Shown here in pieces: positions 12,670 to 26,582 of a stretch of 64,000 nt of DNA. This DNA is from the human T2T-CHM13v2.0 reference genome, Homo sapiens: assembly GCF_009914755.1 (NCBI RefSeq), contig NC_060940.1; one strand, written 5' to 3'. The notes beneath the pieces were generated by a model. The model was not told the DNA's origin. It worked only from the letters and a program-made list of their open reading frames with translations, and did no database searches. Made by a program: the position numbers and the translations under genes. Each line of letters starts with the position of its first letter. Positions within the stretch are counted from its first letter, which is position 1.

Positions 12670-13060
12670 TGGTGAGTGACAGGTGTTTTAGATGTAAGAT
12701 TATTTAATCATCAGGCATTATAACATGAGTTAGGTATTATGACTCCCTGTCTACAGATGGGAAAACTAAAACTAGAGAGGTTAAGTCAGGTGTCCAAGTT
12801 CACTCTCTTAGGGTTGAGCCAGGATGTGATCCTGAGAGCTTTCCTAAAGCCCCATATTGCACTATTTTAGGGTTACCATTAACAGTATGTTATGTATGAA
12901 CGATCTTATTCCTGAGTAGCTTAAAATCAAATAGGAGAGACAAAACATGTAAGCAAATTAACAGCAATGCATGGTAAAGTCCCATAAGGGACAGAGAATG
13001 TGCTGTGTATGTTCCTAGGAGGAAAGAGGCATTTGTTCAGATGGAGGCAAGGAAGATGCC
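12670..13060 (-). mobile_element. MIR followed by an L2 fragment
   Basis: tacagatgggaaaactaaaactagagaggttaagt (MIR); gagtagcttaaaatcaaataggagagacaaaacatgtaagcaaat (L2). Confidence 0.7.
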
Positions 13061-13769
13061 AAACAACTCACCATCTGAAATTCATTTTGTTGGGCCTAGC
13101 ATTTTTATCCTAATGTCCAAGTATGTATTTCTGATATTCTAAGAATTGCCAAAAATAATTATGAAGCTGTGCCTAGCCCCAGGTGGGCGAGAGATCCTCT
13201 CAAATGTCCCACTGTAGCATGTCTCTTTATTTCCTTTCTGTCCTTTGCTGAAAATGAAAAATGTCCCATTGTACTGAGTAGAGCTGCTCTCTCCCTAAGC
13301 TCAATGGCCATCTGGCTCACACCTTCCTGAACAAAGAGGTGAGTTGTATCTGGGCCTCCACTGCCTTGTGTAGTAGTTGAGGACAGACCATCACCCACCA
13401 GTCTTTTGGTTCTTGCAGGGATGTTGAGGTGACAGTATCGGTGGAGAAAACCCAAGTGGAGCACACGTGCCCTGCTGCAGCAGGCTCGGCAGGAGAGATT
13501 TTCGGCAGATAAAATGAGAGATGACGAGACCTGGTGAACTTGGGGCCCAACTATACCATCACCGTGATACTTGGCTCGGTGGGCCACCAGCACTTGAGCA
13601 GGGCATGTACTCTGCCCCTGTGAGAGCTTGACAGCAACCCGCTGCCCAGTACTTCCTGCCTGGTGTGACCCTGCCTGCCCCCACCCAGCTTCTTCCCTTG
13701 CCCATTGCCATGTCTCTCTCTATGCTGGAACCACACTGGTCTTCCATCCGTGTTTGTAAGATTTTGTGT

Positions 13770-13990
13770 GTGATCTCTCACTCATCTCCAGGCCTTTGTC
13801 CATGGTGTGCCCTATTCCTGGAGGCATCTTCACCCTGCTTTTTGCTTGGCCAAAGGCTACTCACAGCCCATGCCTCAGCATAGATGTCACCTCACGGAAG
13901 CCTTCTTTGAACCCATAGACCGCTGGTGTTTCAATTGCACATTGAACAGACCGCCCCTCACTTTACACTGCTCCTTCTATTATCTTTTCA
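13770..13990 (+). mobile_element. L2 fragment
   Basis: caggcctttgtccatggtgtgccctattcctgga...cagcatagatgtcacctcacggaagccttct. Confidence 0.65.
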
Positions 13991-15612
13991 TTGTGGGCAT
14001 GCACCCACACATTTTTTAAAATGTGAAACACACCACTTTAGGGGAATATGCTCAGTTGGAGCTGTTCTTGCCCTCACCACACCCACCCCCCAACCCAGCT
14101 GCTCTTCTGAGTTGGCCCATTGTGGAAAGAAGCCATTGCACCCTAGGAATATCATGGGGCATGACCACCTAATGTCAAGGACACGTGCCAACGGACATGT
14201 TAGTGCACCCCGGGAGTGTACTGGTGCCCAATGACCATACCTTTTCCATCCCACTGGGTCTTGTTTGAAACCACCACATTGGGTTTAGGTCTGCTATTGT
14301 TAACCCTTCCTATTGCCCTGCCTTCTTGGAGCTCCAAAGACCTTCTGGCAGTGAGTTCTCACCTAGCCCTCCCCTCTCTGGCAAGACCCTAGGTCAGGGA
14401 GGAAGGTCCTGTGTGGCAAGAAAGCCTGTCAGGCTTGGGAAGTCAAGGCACCCCATTGCATCTCTTCTCCTGCTTACCATTCTCACAGCAGAAAGCTTCT
14501 TGGGGGAGTCCTTAGTTTGTCAGCTCATCATGACTGTATGTCCTCCAGAAAAACCAGGGTTTTTAAAAGAGTTTTTTTTCTTTGGTATCGGATATTAGGA
14601 AATGTATCCTTCACCTACCCTCTGCCCCTTCTCCCAGAAAAAGAGACTAATGCACAGAGTGGAACTTTAGATTTTCTTAAGGTGTACAGCAAACCAGAGG
14701 TCAAGACTTGAACCCACATCTTTTGACCCTTGATACAGGCCCTGTCCATTGTCCCATTCCACTTTTTGTGTGGCTCCTTCATGGCTCTGACCTCCCCCAT
14801 TCTCGGGAAGAAGCCTGAAACCCCCGGCCTGCAAAATAGCCCTTGAGAGAGAAGCATCTGGAAGTGTGTGCTAAAGCTCCCAGAGCAATGGGGGGATTCT
14901 GCCACATGGCTGCTGTCAGTAGGGTAAGGTTCTGGACTCTCTAAAGTCTGAGAATTTGAATTCCTAGAACTAGAGAAGGCCCATGTCAGTTCAAAAGTCA
15001 GAGCAGAGGAAAATTAGGAATCTTGTTTTTAATGCAGAGGAACAAAAGGAGTGGAACCATAGCCCCAGAAATGTCAACAGAAAGGGCAGAGGTGAAGGTG
15101 GCCCCTGACAAAACTTCTCCATACCTATTATTTTTGTAAAATCTCCCCATAGCTCTTTGGACAGCCATGTGAACAGATATCTTTGGCCTCTTTTTGCAGG
15201 TAAAGAATCTGAGGTTGGAGGCAGGCTGGGACAAGGCTCCTGAGTCCTAGCCTGGGGGTCTGCCATCATACCTACCTGCTTACAAAAAAATCACCTCTAT
15301 ATCCTACATATACCCTTTCCTCCCACGTATGCTGTTTCCTCCCCTCTGAAAAAAAGTACCTCAGAATGTGCTTTCAGAGATCATTCTTTCAAAAATTGTT
15401 CACTAGAGCCTACTGTGGCCAGGTTCCCTGGTAAGTCCAGGCTTCCAGTATAAAATGACATATGGACTTTCTCCTGCAAGCATTCACAGCATTCTGGAGA
15501 AGTTTGGGGTCCAAAACTGAGGTTCTTAATGTCTTTTGGGTCACAAACCCCTATGAGAAACTGATGGAAACTATGAAGAATTTCCTTAGAAAAATGCTCC
15601 TGCATTTTTTAA

Positions 15613-16327
<715 letters not shown>

Positions 16328-16396
16328 GGGGTTAGCAGTCTCCCAGAGGCAGTCTGGGGACCCACCACACCCTGCCTCAAGTGTTCACCGATTTCA

Positions 16397-16719
<323 letters not shown>

Positions 16720-18051
16720 CATGGGACCAGATGATGCAGATGATGAAATTATAGTCTTGTTCTTGAGAACAGTTGTTAATTCTCCAAAGGAAGCTTGTAC
16801 CACGGGGTACAAGGATAAAAGCATGGGTATGATTTTTCTGGTCATCGTCATCATTGTTTCAGGAGTCAAAGTTGTACACATGTCAATGTCCTGTGGTCTT
16901 TGATTTTTTCCCAGGTTGGAGGGGAAACCAAGGCAGGAGGGGTAGCCAGCACCAGAGCCAGTAATGGTGTCTGGAGAGAATGTAGCCATCCAACCCCAGT
17001 GCTCTGCTTCTATGCAGGGATGGCAAGAGGCTAGGTGGGATGTTGAGGGAAACTTAGGAAAAGAGCTGGAAGTCAAGCACAGAAGTTTTGCAATGGAGTT
17101 TACAAGAGTTTTTAAGATAACTCAACTTTGAGATGAACAGGAGATTGAGAAAGCCTTTATAAGGTCTTCCTAAGTGATGCTGACAGCTAAGAGTGGCATG
17201 CCCCTGAGAGTCTATGATTATCTCGCAGGAGAGATCTTTATGGGAGCCTTATTAAGAACAGAGCATGTCAGTGGGAGGGAGGGAGGGAGCAGCAGCGTGT
17301 TCACAGCTCTGGAGGGCAAGTGAGGCAGCCTCCTTGATTTGCAAAGTGCTTTGCAGTCCTTTTTCATTATTTCTGCAACAGACCCATGAGATGGGTAGAG
17401 AACCACCCTGCTCCCCACAAATTGTAGAACACTAGGAGGTAGTGGGCTGTCCATCTAAAGGTGTCCTTATAATAACTGGATGGTCCCTGGGTTTGCCCCT
17501 CTACAACCAACATGATGTGATAACCTAGATTAGAATGCCTCCCCACTCCCCAGACCTTGGAGTCTTGTGATTGCTTGTATCAGTGGCCTCTTCAGAACAA
17601 AAGCATACAAGCTTGTCCTTCTATGAGATTGTAACCCCTCAAGCATGCTCACTAGTTGGAGGAAATTCTGACAGCCCTACTCCAGGCTTGAGGCTCGCCC
17701 TGGAGCCTGGTAACTTGAGCCTCCATCGTAGGTGTGTGTGAGAAAGGAAATGCAGAAATGGAGTGAGCCGAGGAAAAACCCAGGGGCGACAGATCCTCGG
17801 AGAGCATTTCATCCAGTCCTTTCCCTTGACACGTGGGAGAGCAATGTGACACGGCTTTGCTGCTAGATGGTGAAGACTGGCGATGAGGTGATAATGATAG
17901 CTAGCATGTTTTGAGTGCCATGTCCCAGGCATGGTGCCTGATATCACCTGTGCACCCTGCGAGATGAGCTTTGCAGCGTGGTTGAGTATCTGTGTTATAT
18001 ACAGAGACCCTGGTGCTAGAGCCCCAGCACCCAGCTCCAGCACCTTCTGGG

Positions 18052-18649
18052 TGTATAACTGGGTTTCTTATTGTGGCTGTTTCAATTGGCCACAGATTTT
18101 GTGGTTTAAAACAATAAGATGTATTGTTTTACAGTTCTATTGGTCAGAAGCCCCATTCAAGTTCACCAGCCTAAAATCAAGGTGTCAGCAGGCTGTGTTC
18201 CCTTCTGGGGCTTCTAGGGGGGAGAATCCATTCCTTGCTCTTGGAGATTTTGGCAGAATTCAATGCCTGCCGTTATAAGAGCCCCCTTTTCATCCTGGCT
18301 GGAAACCGAGGGCTGTTCCCAGGTTCTAGAGGTGGCTGCCACATATCTTGGCAGAGGCCCCTGCTTTCCTCTATCTTAAAAGCCAGCAGTGGCAAGTTGA
18401 GTTTTTCTCAGGCACATCTGACTCTTCCTCCATTGTTATATCTCTCTCTCTTTCTCTGATCCAGCCAGGAAAGGTTCTCTGCTTTTAAGGACTCATGTGA
18501 TTAGATTGGACCTACCCGGATAATCCAGGATAATCTCCACATCTCATAACCTTAATGGCATCTGCAAAGTCCCTTTGGCCCTGTAAAGTTCCAGGGATTA
18601 GGATGTGGACCTCTTTGTTGGGAGAGGGGGCATTATTCTGCTCATCACA
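18052..18649 (-). mobile_element. MaLR LTR (MLT1E/D-like) inserted in a MIR
   Basis: gtggtttaaaacaa...ctaaaatcaaggtgtcagcagg...ttttaaggactcatgtgattagattgg...ggataatccaggataatctcc...gggcattattctgctcatcaca. MIR sequence resumes at 18650. Confidence 0.88.
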
Positions 18650-19521
18650 GTGACCTAGGGAAATTTGCTTGACTTCTTGGTTTAAGTGGGAAAGATGATG
18701 GTACCCACCTTTGGGTTATGAGGATGGGATGTGGAACCCCTCATAGCACCTGGAATGTTGGTAAATACTTAGTTGGTGTTAGCTGTGAGGGTTGTTATCA
18801 AACCTGTTTTACGGTTGAGGACACTGAGATTTAAGACTTTGAGTAACTCACCTGAAGAACAAGATTTAAACTCCTTGCGAGAAAGGACAAACTGCACTGT
18901 ATTCATCTCTTTCATCCCCCACAGGGCTGGCCCACAAAAGATGTTCAGTAAATGGATGTTGAATGAATGAGGGGAACCAGAAAGAGTAAATGACTTGTCT
19001 GAGTGCTGTTAGAGAAGGTCAGAGATGAAGGGACTCTCAGAAGAGGTCAAGTTCAAGCCTTTCATCTTATACCTGGGAATCTGAGGCTCAGTGGGGAAGC
19101 GGGGCCTGCCTCAGAAGATGGGCAGTGCAGAGCCCCAGGATGTGGCCAGTGCCTGTCTGGCCAGTACGTCTTCCTCTGGACCAGGCCGTATTCATTTCCC
19201 TGGAGGTCTCTAGATCCTGTGGTCTAAGCCAAGCCAGAAGCTGGTCCAGTGGGATAGAAGTATTGATTCTGGCCTGGCCCCTGGTACAGCGTCAGGCAGA
19301 GGAGCTCAGTAGAAGAGTGAGAGGTGAGAGTCCTGCCTTTCTTCCTGCAGTGGCCTTTGGAGAAGCCTATCTGAAGCTTGTTCTCAGGCTTCTCTAGACC
19401 TCCTTAGGCTGCTACCCGGTAGGATAGCAGCCAGATAGATGCCCATGGCCCACTCATGCCCATGTTAATACCTTCTGCTCTGACCTAAGGCTGCATGGCA
19501 TAGATGGGGGACTGGGGTTTT

Positions 19522-19811
19522 ATTTTTATTTATTTATTTTGAGGCAGAGTCTCACTCTGTCACCCAGGCTGGAGTGCAATGTTGTGATCTCAGCTCACTG
19601 CAGCTTTGCCTCCCAGGTTCAAGCAATTCTTGTGCCTCTGTCAGCCTCCCAAGTAGCTGTGACTACAGCGTGCATCACCACGTCTGGCTAATTTTTTGTA
19701 TTTTTAGTAGAGATGGGGTTTCACCATGTTAGCCAGGCTAGTCTCGAACTCCTGACCTCAAGTGATCCACCAAAGTGTTGGGATTACAGGCACGAGCCAC
19801 CGTGCCCGGCC
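19522..19811 (-). mobile_element. Alu (AluS-like) with a small internal deletion
   Basis: Antisense Alu; gatccacc|aaagtg lacks about 14 nt of consensus. Near-TSD ggactggggtttt (19509-19521) / ggacttgggtttt (19814-19826). Confidence 0.96.
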
Positions 19812-20734
19812 CAGGACTTGGGTTTTAGTCTGCCCATTTACACTTACGGCTTTGTGGTATTTAGGGCATTTGGCTCCTTGGGACTAATTTCATCTGTAGC
19901 CCATCTGGACACTTATAAGGTCTCAAACAATCCTCGTTTCAGGTGCCCTTTAGAGGATGGTTCAAAAACTTTCACATCAGCCTCAGGGACAGAGCTGTGC
20001 TGTCATTCCAAGGGCTTCTGGCTCCACTGAGGCTGAACACAACTTGGCAGCCAGTGAAATCTTTCTGGACAGCTGATAGTGTCCCCCATCTCCATGGGAG
20101 CCAGCTAAGGTAGGACAGGGTGCTAACCAGTAACTTTGCTGTGCTAGGCTGCCCCTGACACAAGGCAGCCACAGGAAAAGCCATTATATCTCTGTAGAGC
20201 AGGATGTGGCATTTATGCTGTCTCATTGGAATCAGGGCTTCGTTGTCTGTTTGTTTGAGGAGGATTGAGCAAAATCTGGATTGGTTTTCCTAGGCAAGAA
20301 ATGCCAAGTGTCATGATGTCAGGGTTACCAGGTAACTGAGTAGAGGAATGGAATATATGGGTGGTGCCTGGAAAGGGGAGCTAATACGTGTTCCTACTAC
20401 ATACCAGCTCCAGGCTTGGCACTTTTGTGCATTGCTTGCCATGGTTTACTGCAGGTATGACTTGCCCAGTTTTACAGAAGAGAAAATGGAGGTTGGGAGG
20501 TGGTGACTCTCCCTGATCACCCAGAGGGAACTAGCAGAAATTGTTTGGGCTCTAGCTAGTTAAATATGAGCTTAGTTCAGTTGCCAAGTCAACATCTGTG
20601 TGTGTGCACTCTGTTGAGATCTGATGGGGCTGGAGCCATCTTCTCTGCCTTCTAATGGGAGGGTGGAGTTCATTCTGGTGGATAGGGAATCAATAAAACA
20701 GGGGTATAAAAATGATAGCCCCATCCATTAGTAA

Positions 20735-21705
20735 GACAGTAAGCATTTATTGAGTGTCTTCTGTGTGCTCTGTTCTAGTCACTGGGGACATACCTCATTC
20801 AGGGAGCTGCCATTCTAGTTTCATGAAGACGGAGAAACACACAAAGTTAACTAAATGAGATCGTTGCCAGCACTGAGTGCCATGAAGAATGTGATAGAGG
20901 ATAGTTGAGGAGCTCCTTTAGCTAAAGTAGGCAGGGAGAGCTTCCTGAAGGAATGAAATCTCAGCCAGGATGCAAATGATGAGAATGGGGCAGCCATGGA
21001 AAGGTGTGGGGAAAAAGCTTTCCAAGCAGAAGGAACAGGAGTACAAAGACAGTACAAAGACAGAGCCAGTGGTGAGCCTGAGTGTGCAGGGAAGCCATTG
21101 GAAGGAGTTAATTAGGAGAGAGATGATCTGACTTCTACTTTGAGTTTGCTGTGGCTGCTGTGTGGAGGACGGGCTGTGGAGGGGCAAGAGAGGGAGCAGG
21201 GAGACCAAGGAGGGGGCATCATAGCCTTTCAGTTGGGTGAAAGATGGTGGTAACTGGGACCAAGTTTGTGGCAGTAGACAGTGAGAAATTATTAGAATCA
21301 GGCAGTATTTTAGAGTTAGAGTCAATAGGGCCTACTTATGATTAGGATAGTGGTGTGCTGGTAAACCAGCCAAGGGTGGGAGGGAGGCCCTTGTTGGTAG
21401 AGCTTGCCAGTTTCTGTGGTGTAATATTCCCACCACAGCTGGTTTCAAGCTACCCATCTGGCCAGTGAGTGATGCAACGTTAGCTCTTGTGAGCCAGCAC
21501 AACTCACTCCAGCACACCACTGGGTCAGGCCATGGAAGATAGAAGCAAGAAGGACTGAAGAGCATTCCATGGCTTTGCTCTGAGCACCTGGGTAGATGGG
21601 GATGCCGTCTACTGAGGTAGGAAAGACTAGAGGTGGAAAGAAAGATCCTGGGGCAGTGGCAGGAAAAAATGGTTTTGCTCTGGCCATGTTAATTTTTAAA
21701 TGCAC
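20735..21705 (-). mobile_element. L2a-like fragment containing a MER63 insertion
   Basis: aagcatttattgagtgtctt...ggagctgccattctag...gggaagccattggaagg...ctgagcacctgggtagatgg. Confidence 0.88.
21348..21522. mobile_element. MER63A-like hAT MITE
   Basis: Terminal inverted repeats tagtggtgtgctgg / ccagcacaccactg; internal tttcaagctacc. Confidence 0.85.
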
Positions 21706-22585
21706 ATTAGATATCTATTTTATAAGTTTTGGGCACTTGCATCCTTTATGTCATTTAAGTGTCAGTCCTTTCAATAACTATGAGTTTGGTGGTTTCTTCT
21801 CCATTCACAGAACAATAAACCGAGGATGCAAGGGACCAAGAAACTTAACCAAGGTTGTACAATCAGTAAATGACAGAGCTGGATTTGAACTTGGGTCTGA
21901 CCCTGCCCCAAGGGCCGAATCATTGCCCACACTGCCCTCCAGAAAGCATCCCACTCTTAGCTTGATGCTACATTTTTGGGATTTAAAAGGGGATCTTTAG
22001 GAAGTTTTGAACAGCCTTTATACCGGAGAAGTAATCACAGAATGGTTGCTCAGAGACCAGACTCTGCCCTTTGATGTGTTGTGTGGTTTTGTTTTTTAAG
22101 GGGTGTGGCGGGTAGGGAAAAAGAGGAAGGTGGGGAGGGGAAACTGTTTGTTTCATTTTGTTTTATTGGCCCATGCAGTTTTTTTGTTTTTGTTTTTGTT
22201 TTTTAAAGAAAACAAGAAGAAGAAGAAAGAGAGAAATGTAATTGTTTTAGGCAAGTCTGCGCGCCCCCGCCACTGCTCCTGGCCTCCTCCATTCCCTGCT
22301 GTCTCACCACCTGCCCATTTGACACACGTGACACTTGCTTGGCTCAGGAGGCATCCAGTGTCCCGTGCTCTAGAGGAGCCCAGGTGTAGTGGCCTCTGCA
22401 GGCAGGCTCTTGGCTTCATCCTTGCACCTCAGGGAGTGAGCACCTGGTTCCCACCCTGTCTCCAGGCCTGAGCCAGTCACTGGGGCCTGGGGTGTGTTTG
22501 ATTTGCACTCTCTGCTGCTCCCTTCCTGACCACTGCCAGCTACCTAAGACATCACTGTGCTTCAACGGTAAGAGCTGTGGTCTTT

Positions 22586-22755
22586 GGCCAGGCACAGTGG
22601 CTCATGCCTGTAATCCCAGCACTTTGGGATGCCAAGGCAAGACGATCACTTAAGCCCAGGAGGTCAAGGCTATAGTGAGCCATGACAGTGCCATTATGCT
22701 CTAGCCTGAGTGACAGAGGAAGACCCTGTCTCAAAAAAAAAAAAAAAAAAAAAAA
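22586..22755 (+). mobile_element. Monomer-length Alu (AluJ/FRAM-like, left-right chimera)
   Basis: Left-arm 5' part joined to a right-arm 3' part plus poly(A). Near-TSD aagagctgtggtcttt (22570-22585) / aagaattatggtcttt (22756-22771). Confidence 0.92.
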
Positions 22756-23396
22756 AAGAATTATGGTCTTTCTGATTCTATACATACTAAAGCAATCCCA
22801 CCTCTTTCCCTGGCTTTATTGGTATTATTTTCCCTGGTATTATTGTTGTTATTTTGCTAACATAATGAGGCTCGGAGGCATGGTTTTTCTGCCTTTTGGC
22901 CTTCTTGCTGGTGATATGTTCAATTTAATGGTGTTCTTCAGTGTCACTAGGCGTGGCTGGAGCTGAGTGGAAGCTGCCATCAGGTAGTCTGAGAGGAGCA
23001 CACAACTGCGTAAATGGCTGTGTCTGCCTGGCTCCCTTGGACCGAGAAGCCTCCATTCCCTGCCTGGGCAGTGCTGGGCTTGGTTACCTGAAGAGGCATA
23101 GCAGGATTGACAGGAAGCTCTCACCCCACGGTTGGCATGACCAGATAGCCCTGAGCATGATGCCAGGGCTGGTGGCACTTTGCAGAGCCGAAAAGGGAGG
23201 CCAGCCTGCATCCATCTGCCTCCGTCTGCACAGTTATGTGTTCCAAGTGCAACCAGAAGAAGGCTTCCCCAGGCTTAGCCAGGGCCACCACCAGGCCAGA
23301 CTGGAATAGGCCGAGACATACCCAGAGAGTGGCAGGGTTCTCCTGGCATTTCCATGTATGTACCTCTTTAGTAAAAGATGTTTGAGCTGGTAACCC

Positions 23397-23503
23397 TGTG
23401 TATATGCATATGTATGTGTATATACGTGAGTGTGTGTGTGTATATATGTGAGTGTGTGTGTGTATATATGTGAGTGTGTGTGTATATATATATACATATA
23501 TAT
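23397..23503. repeat. TA/TG microsatellite with a 22-bp higher-order unit (about 3 copies)
   Basis: tatata(c/t)gtgagtgtgtgtgtg at 23419, 23441 and 23463. Confidence 0.95.
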
Positions 23504-23759
23504 TTATTTATTTATTTAGATTATGTATATTAAAATACATAAAGAAAAATAGAAAATAGAAAAGTTAACTGGAAGTTATCATAACTAGAAATGTGATGTT
23601 TTCTTCTGTGCCCCTATGGATCCTGACTCACACCTTGAGCTTGCCGGCCCTGAGCCGGGACCAGGAGCTGTAAGTAATTGCATCTCTGCTTCCCACCAGG
23701 GCAATGGGAAGAGCTTCATGTTCAGAAAACTTGGCTCCAAGCCCCAGTTCTGCTAACTC

Positions 23760-24086
23760 ACTTGCAGCATGCTGTGGGCACATCTCCTGGCCACACTGCC
23801 CCACTTCTGTCAGGTCTGCATGAATGTCACTTTAAGACCACCCTATGTAAATTAGCATCCCACTGTTACCGCCCCTTCACTTACCCTGCTTCATATATCT
23901 TAAAAGTGCGTAGTGCTACTGACGTGTATATATAGATAAAAGTTTATTCATAGGTTTGTTGTTATACATGTTTGTTAGTTATCTTTACTCGTGTATGCTC
24001 CATGAGAGCAAGGATTATCTTTTGTTCTCTGCTGTGTGTGTGGTACATAGTAGGAGCTCAGTATATATTTGTTGATTGAATGAATT
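23760..24086 (+). mobile_element. L2 3' end
   Basis: gctccatgagagcaaggat...tggtacatagtaggagctcagtatatatttgttgattgaatgaat. Confidence 0.85.
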
Positions 24087-24242
24087 AACTTTTGTTTTAT
24101 ATAACCCAATGCTACTTAGTAAACTTTTGTAATGGAGGAGAAATGAAAAAGACTTTAATGCTTGAAAGGAGGATTTGGAGGCTAGAGGTAGAATCATTTT
24201 GAGGAATATCTGCTTTGTATAGCCGACACCATTGCTGTTTTT

Positions 24243-24574
<332 letters not shown>

Positions 24575-24641
24575 TGAAAACAAGTACTGGGGACCAGGAG
24601 CTATAAATAATTGGATCTCTGCTGACAACCAGGCACTGTTC

Positions 24642-24700
24642 ATGGATGGGTGGGTGGATGGATGGATGGATGGATGGATGGATGGATGGATGGATGGATG
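24642..24700. repeat. (GGAT)n tetranucleotide microsatellite
   Basis: Read directly from the sequence. Confidence 0.97.
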
Positions 24701-26344
24701 AATAAATAGATAGAATTTAATCTTCACAATAACCCATTGAGATTAAGTTTCATTGTCTCCATTTCACAGATTAAAAAACAAAACAAAAATGCAAAACCTT
24801 GAGGCCCAGAAACTCAAGTGTATCTAATTCCAAAGTACCTAAAACCATGACTAAACAGAATGCAGGTACCCAGTGAGTGTCTGTGGAATGAACGAAATCC
24901 TAGCTTGTTACACTCTTAGAACTTCTCGAGCTTTTCCACCAAGTAGCTTTTGTGGAAGAAGATGGTGAGTGTGTGCCCAGGAGAGTCGAAGGGCATCGCC
25001 TGTAGCAGTCCACCTCAAGCCAGAGTTGTGTTTTTTTAACATCTGGCTTTTTATTTTAAAAATCCATGTGAATTTCTGTATTATCCTTCATATGGTGAAA
25101 CAAACTCCTCCTGTTTGTTTTACAGGAAAAATGATGCTTTTGATCATTTGGTCACTTATGTTCCATAACTTTAAAAAAAAAAAATGTCAATGAAAGCTGC
25201 TGCTCTGCATGTACTGCGGGAGTGGCATGCTTCTGGCATGAATTCTGTGCACCTACGAGCTGCCCAGCCTGGTGTGCAGTGACCACAGTGGAGGCTGCTG
25301 TGGGGCCTGGTCTCTTCCATGCCCCTCAGTGGGATCTTGTGCCATTCGCCCCCTGTGCAAACACAGCTTGTCCAGAGGAAGCGGGACATTCACCTCCAAG
25401 CCCCAGCCATCTGTTGTTTCAGGCCTGGATGAGGGCTTCATCTGGGTGAATGGGCCTTCAGCAAACAGTGCCTCGCCTGGTCCCCTGATAAGGGGTTTAC
25501 CTCTCCAGCAGATTTTATAGCTCTGCCCTTCATCCATAATCAGAGCGTGGGTGGGGAGAGACAGAGAGTATGAAATATCCCTGAAGCTATTGGAATAGCC
25601 TTTATGGTTTGTTGTATATAAACCTGTGTTCTGGTGTGGTATGTGAAACGGACCACTGAGACTCAGCCCACAAGACTTTGATGTCACATAGCTAAGGGCC
25701 CCTTTTCTGGTTCATGTTTCAGTGACTGGGTTTCTGAGCATCTTCTCTAATATAGGGGTCCAGACTCCAGGATTTCCATTGACTCGCGATAAGGTTTCTT
25801 CATTCTTTGTGTCTTTGCTTTCCTCTTCCTGGAAACTGAGTTCAGGCATGTCCAGAGTCATGTGTGGTTTAAAACTGAAAAGGCTCATAGAGACCATCCA
25901 GCCCTTGCATTTCTCAGATGGGGAACTGAGGCCCAGAGACAGAAAGGGAGGGTGTGCCCCGTTGTGCTCTGTCAGTCTGCAACCTCTCAGCCCGGGTCTG
26001 TGGAGTTGGTGCCCTGGGTGTCTGTCCCTGTCAGGAGACAGCTGAGGCTTTGTTCAGCATTTCTTATCTGGTTAATCCCCACCCTGTGGGTATGTCATAT
26101 AGCCAGGACCCAAAGACAGGAAGAGATGAGGAGAATGAGGATGTACAAGTCCCAAAACAGGATGACACCATTACCTGGGCAGTGTGGCTTATGCTTTATG
26201 TGAAAGACTCTGTTGGTCCATGCTCAGACTCAGCCCAGCCTACTCCATGGCCAGGCCCAGACCTTGACTGGCAACTCACCTCCCAGCCCTCTGAAATCCA
26301 CCGTGGGGTAGGCTCAGAGCAGACTCACCCTTACCCAAGAAAAG

Positions 26345-26582
26345 AACTCCATTCAGGTCTCTGCCCATATGTCACCTCTTCCAAGAGGCCTTCCATGACA
26401 CCCTGTCTTAAATAGCAGTCCTCATCACTTGCCGTCTCCACGCTCTGCTTAATTCTTCATTTATTACCACCTTTCCTGTATTTGTGTGTTCATTTTTTCT
26501 TTTCCTTTTCTAGAATATATGTTCCCTGAGAGCCAGGTCCGAGTCTGTTTTGTCCCTAGCACCTAGAAGAGTACCTGGCATG
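26345..26582 (+). mobile_element. L2 fragment
   Basis: ttcaggtctctgcccatatgtcacctcttccaagaggccttcc...ccctagcacctagaagagtacctggca. Confidence 0.85.

Noticed and set aside
18846-18870. Minus-strand cttgttcttCAG|GTGAGT recursive-like motif
   Set aside because: MIR-associated and on the opposite strand; kept only as a control showing such motifs can arise by chance.
25340-25362. CTCF-like cgccccctgtgc
   Set aside because: The most conserved 5' core positions mismatch; other partial matches (near 17860, 54060 and 57215) are similarly weak.
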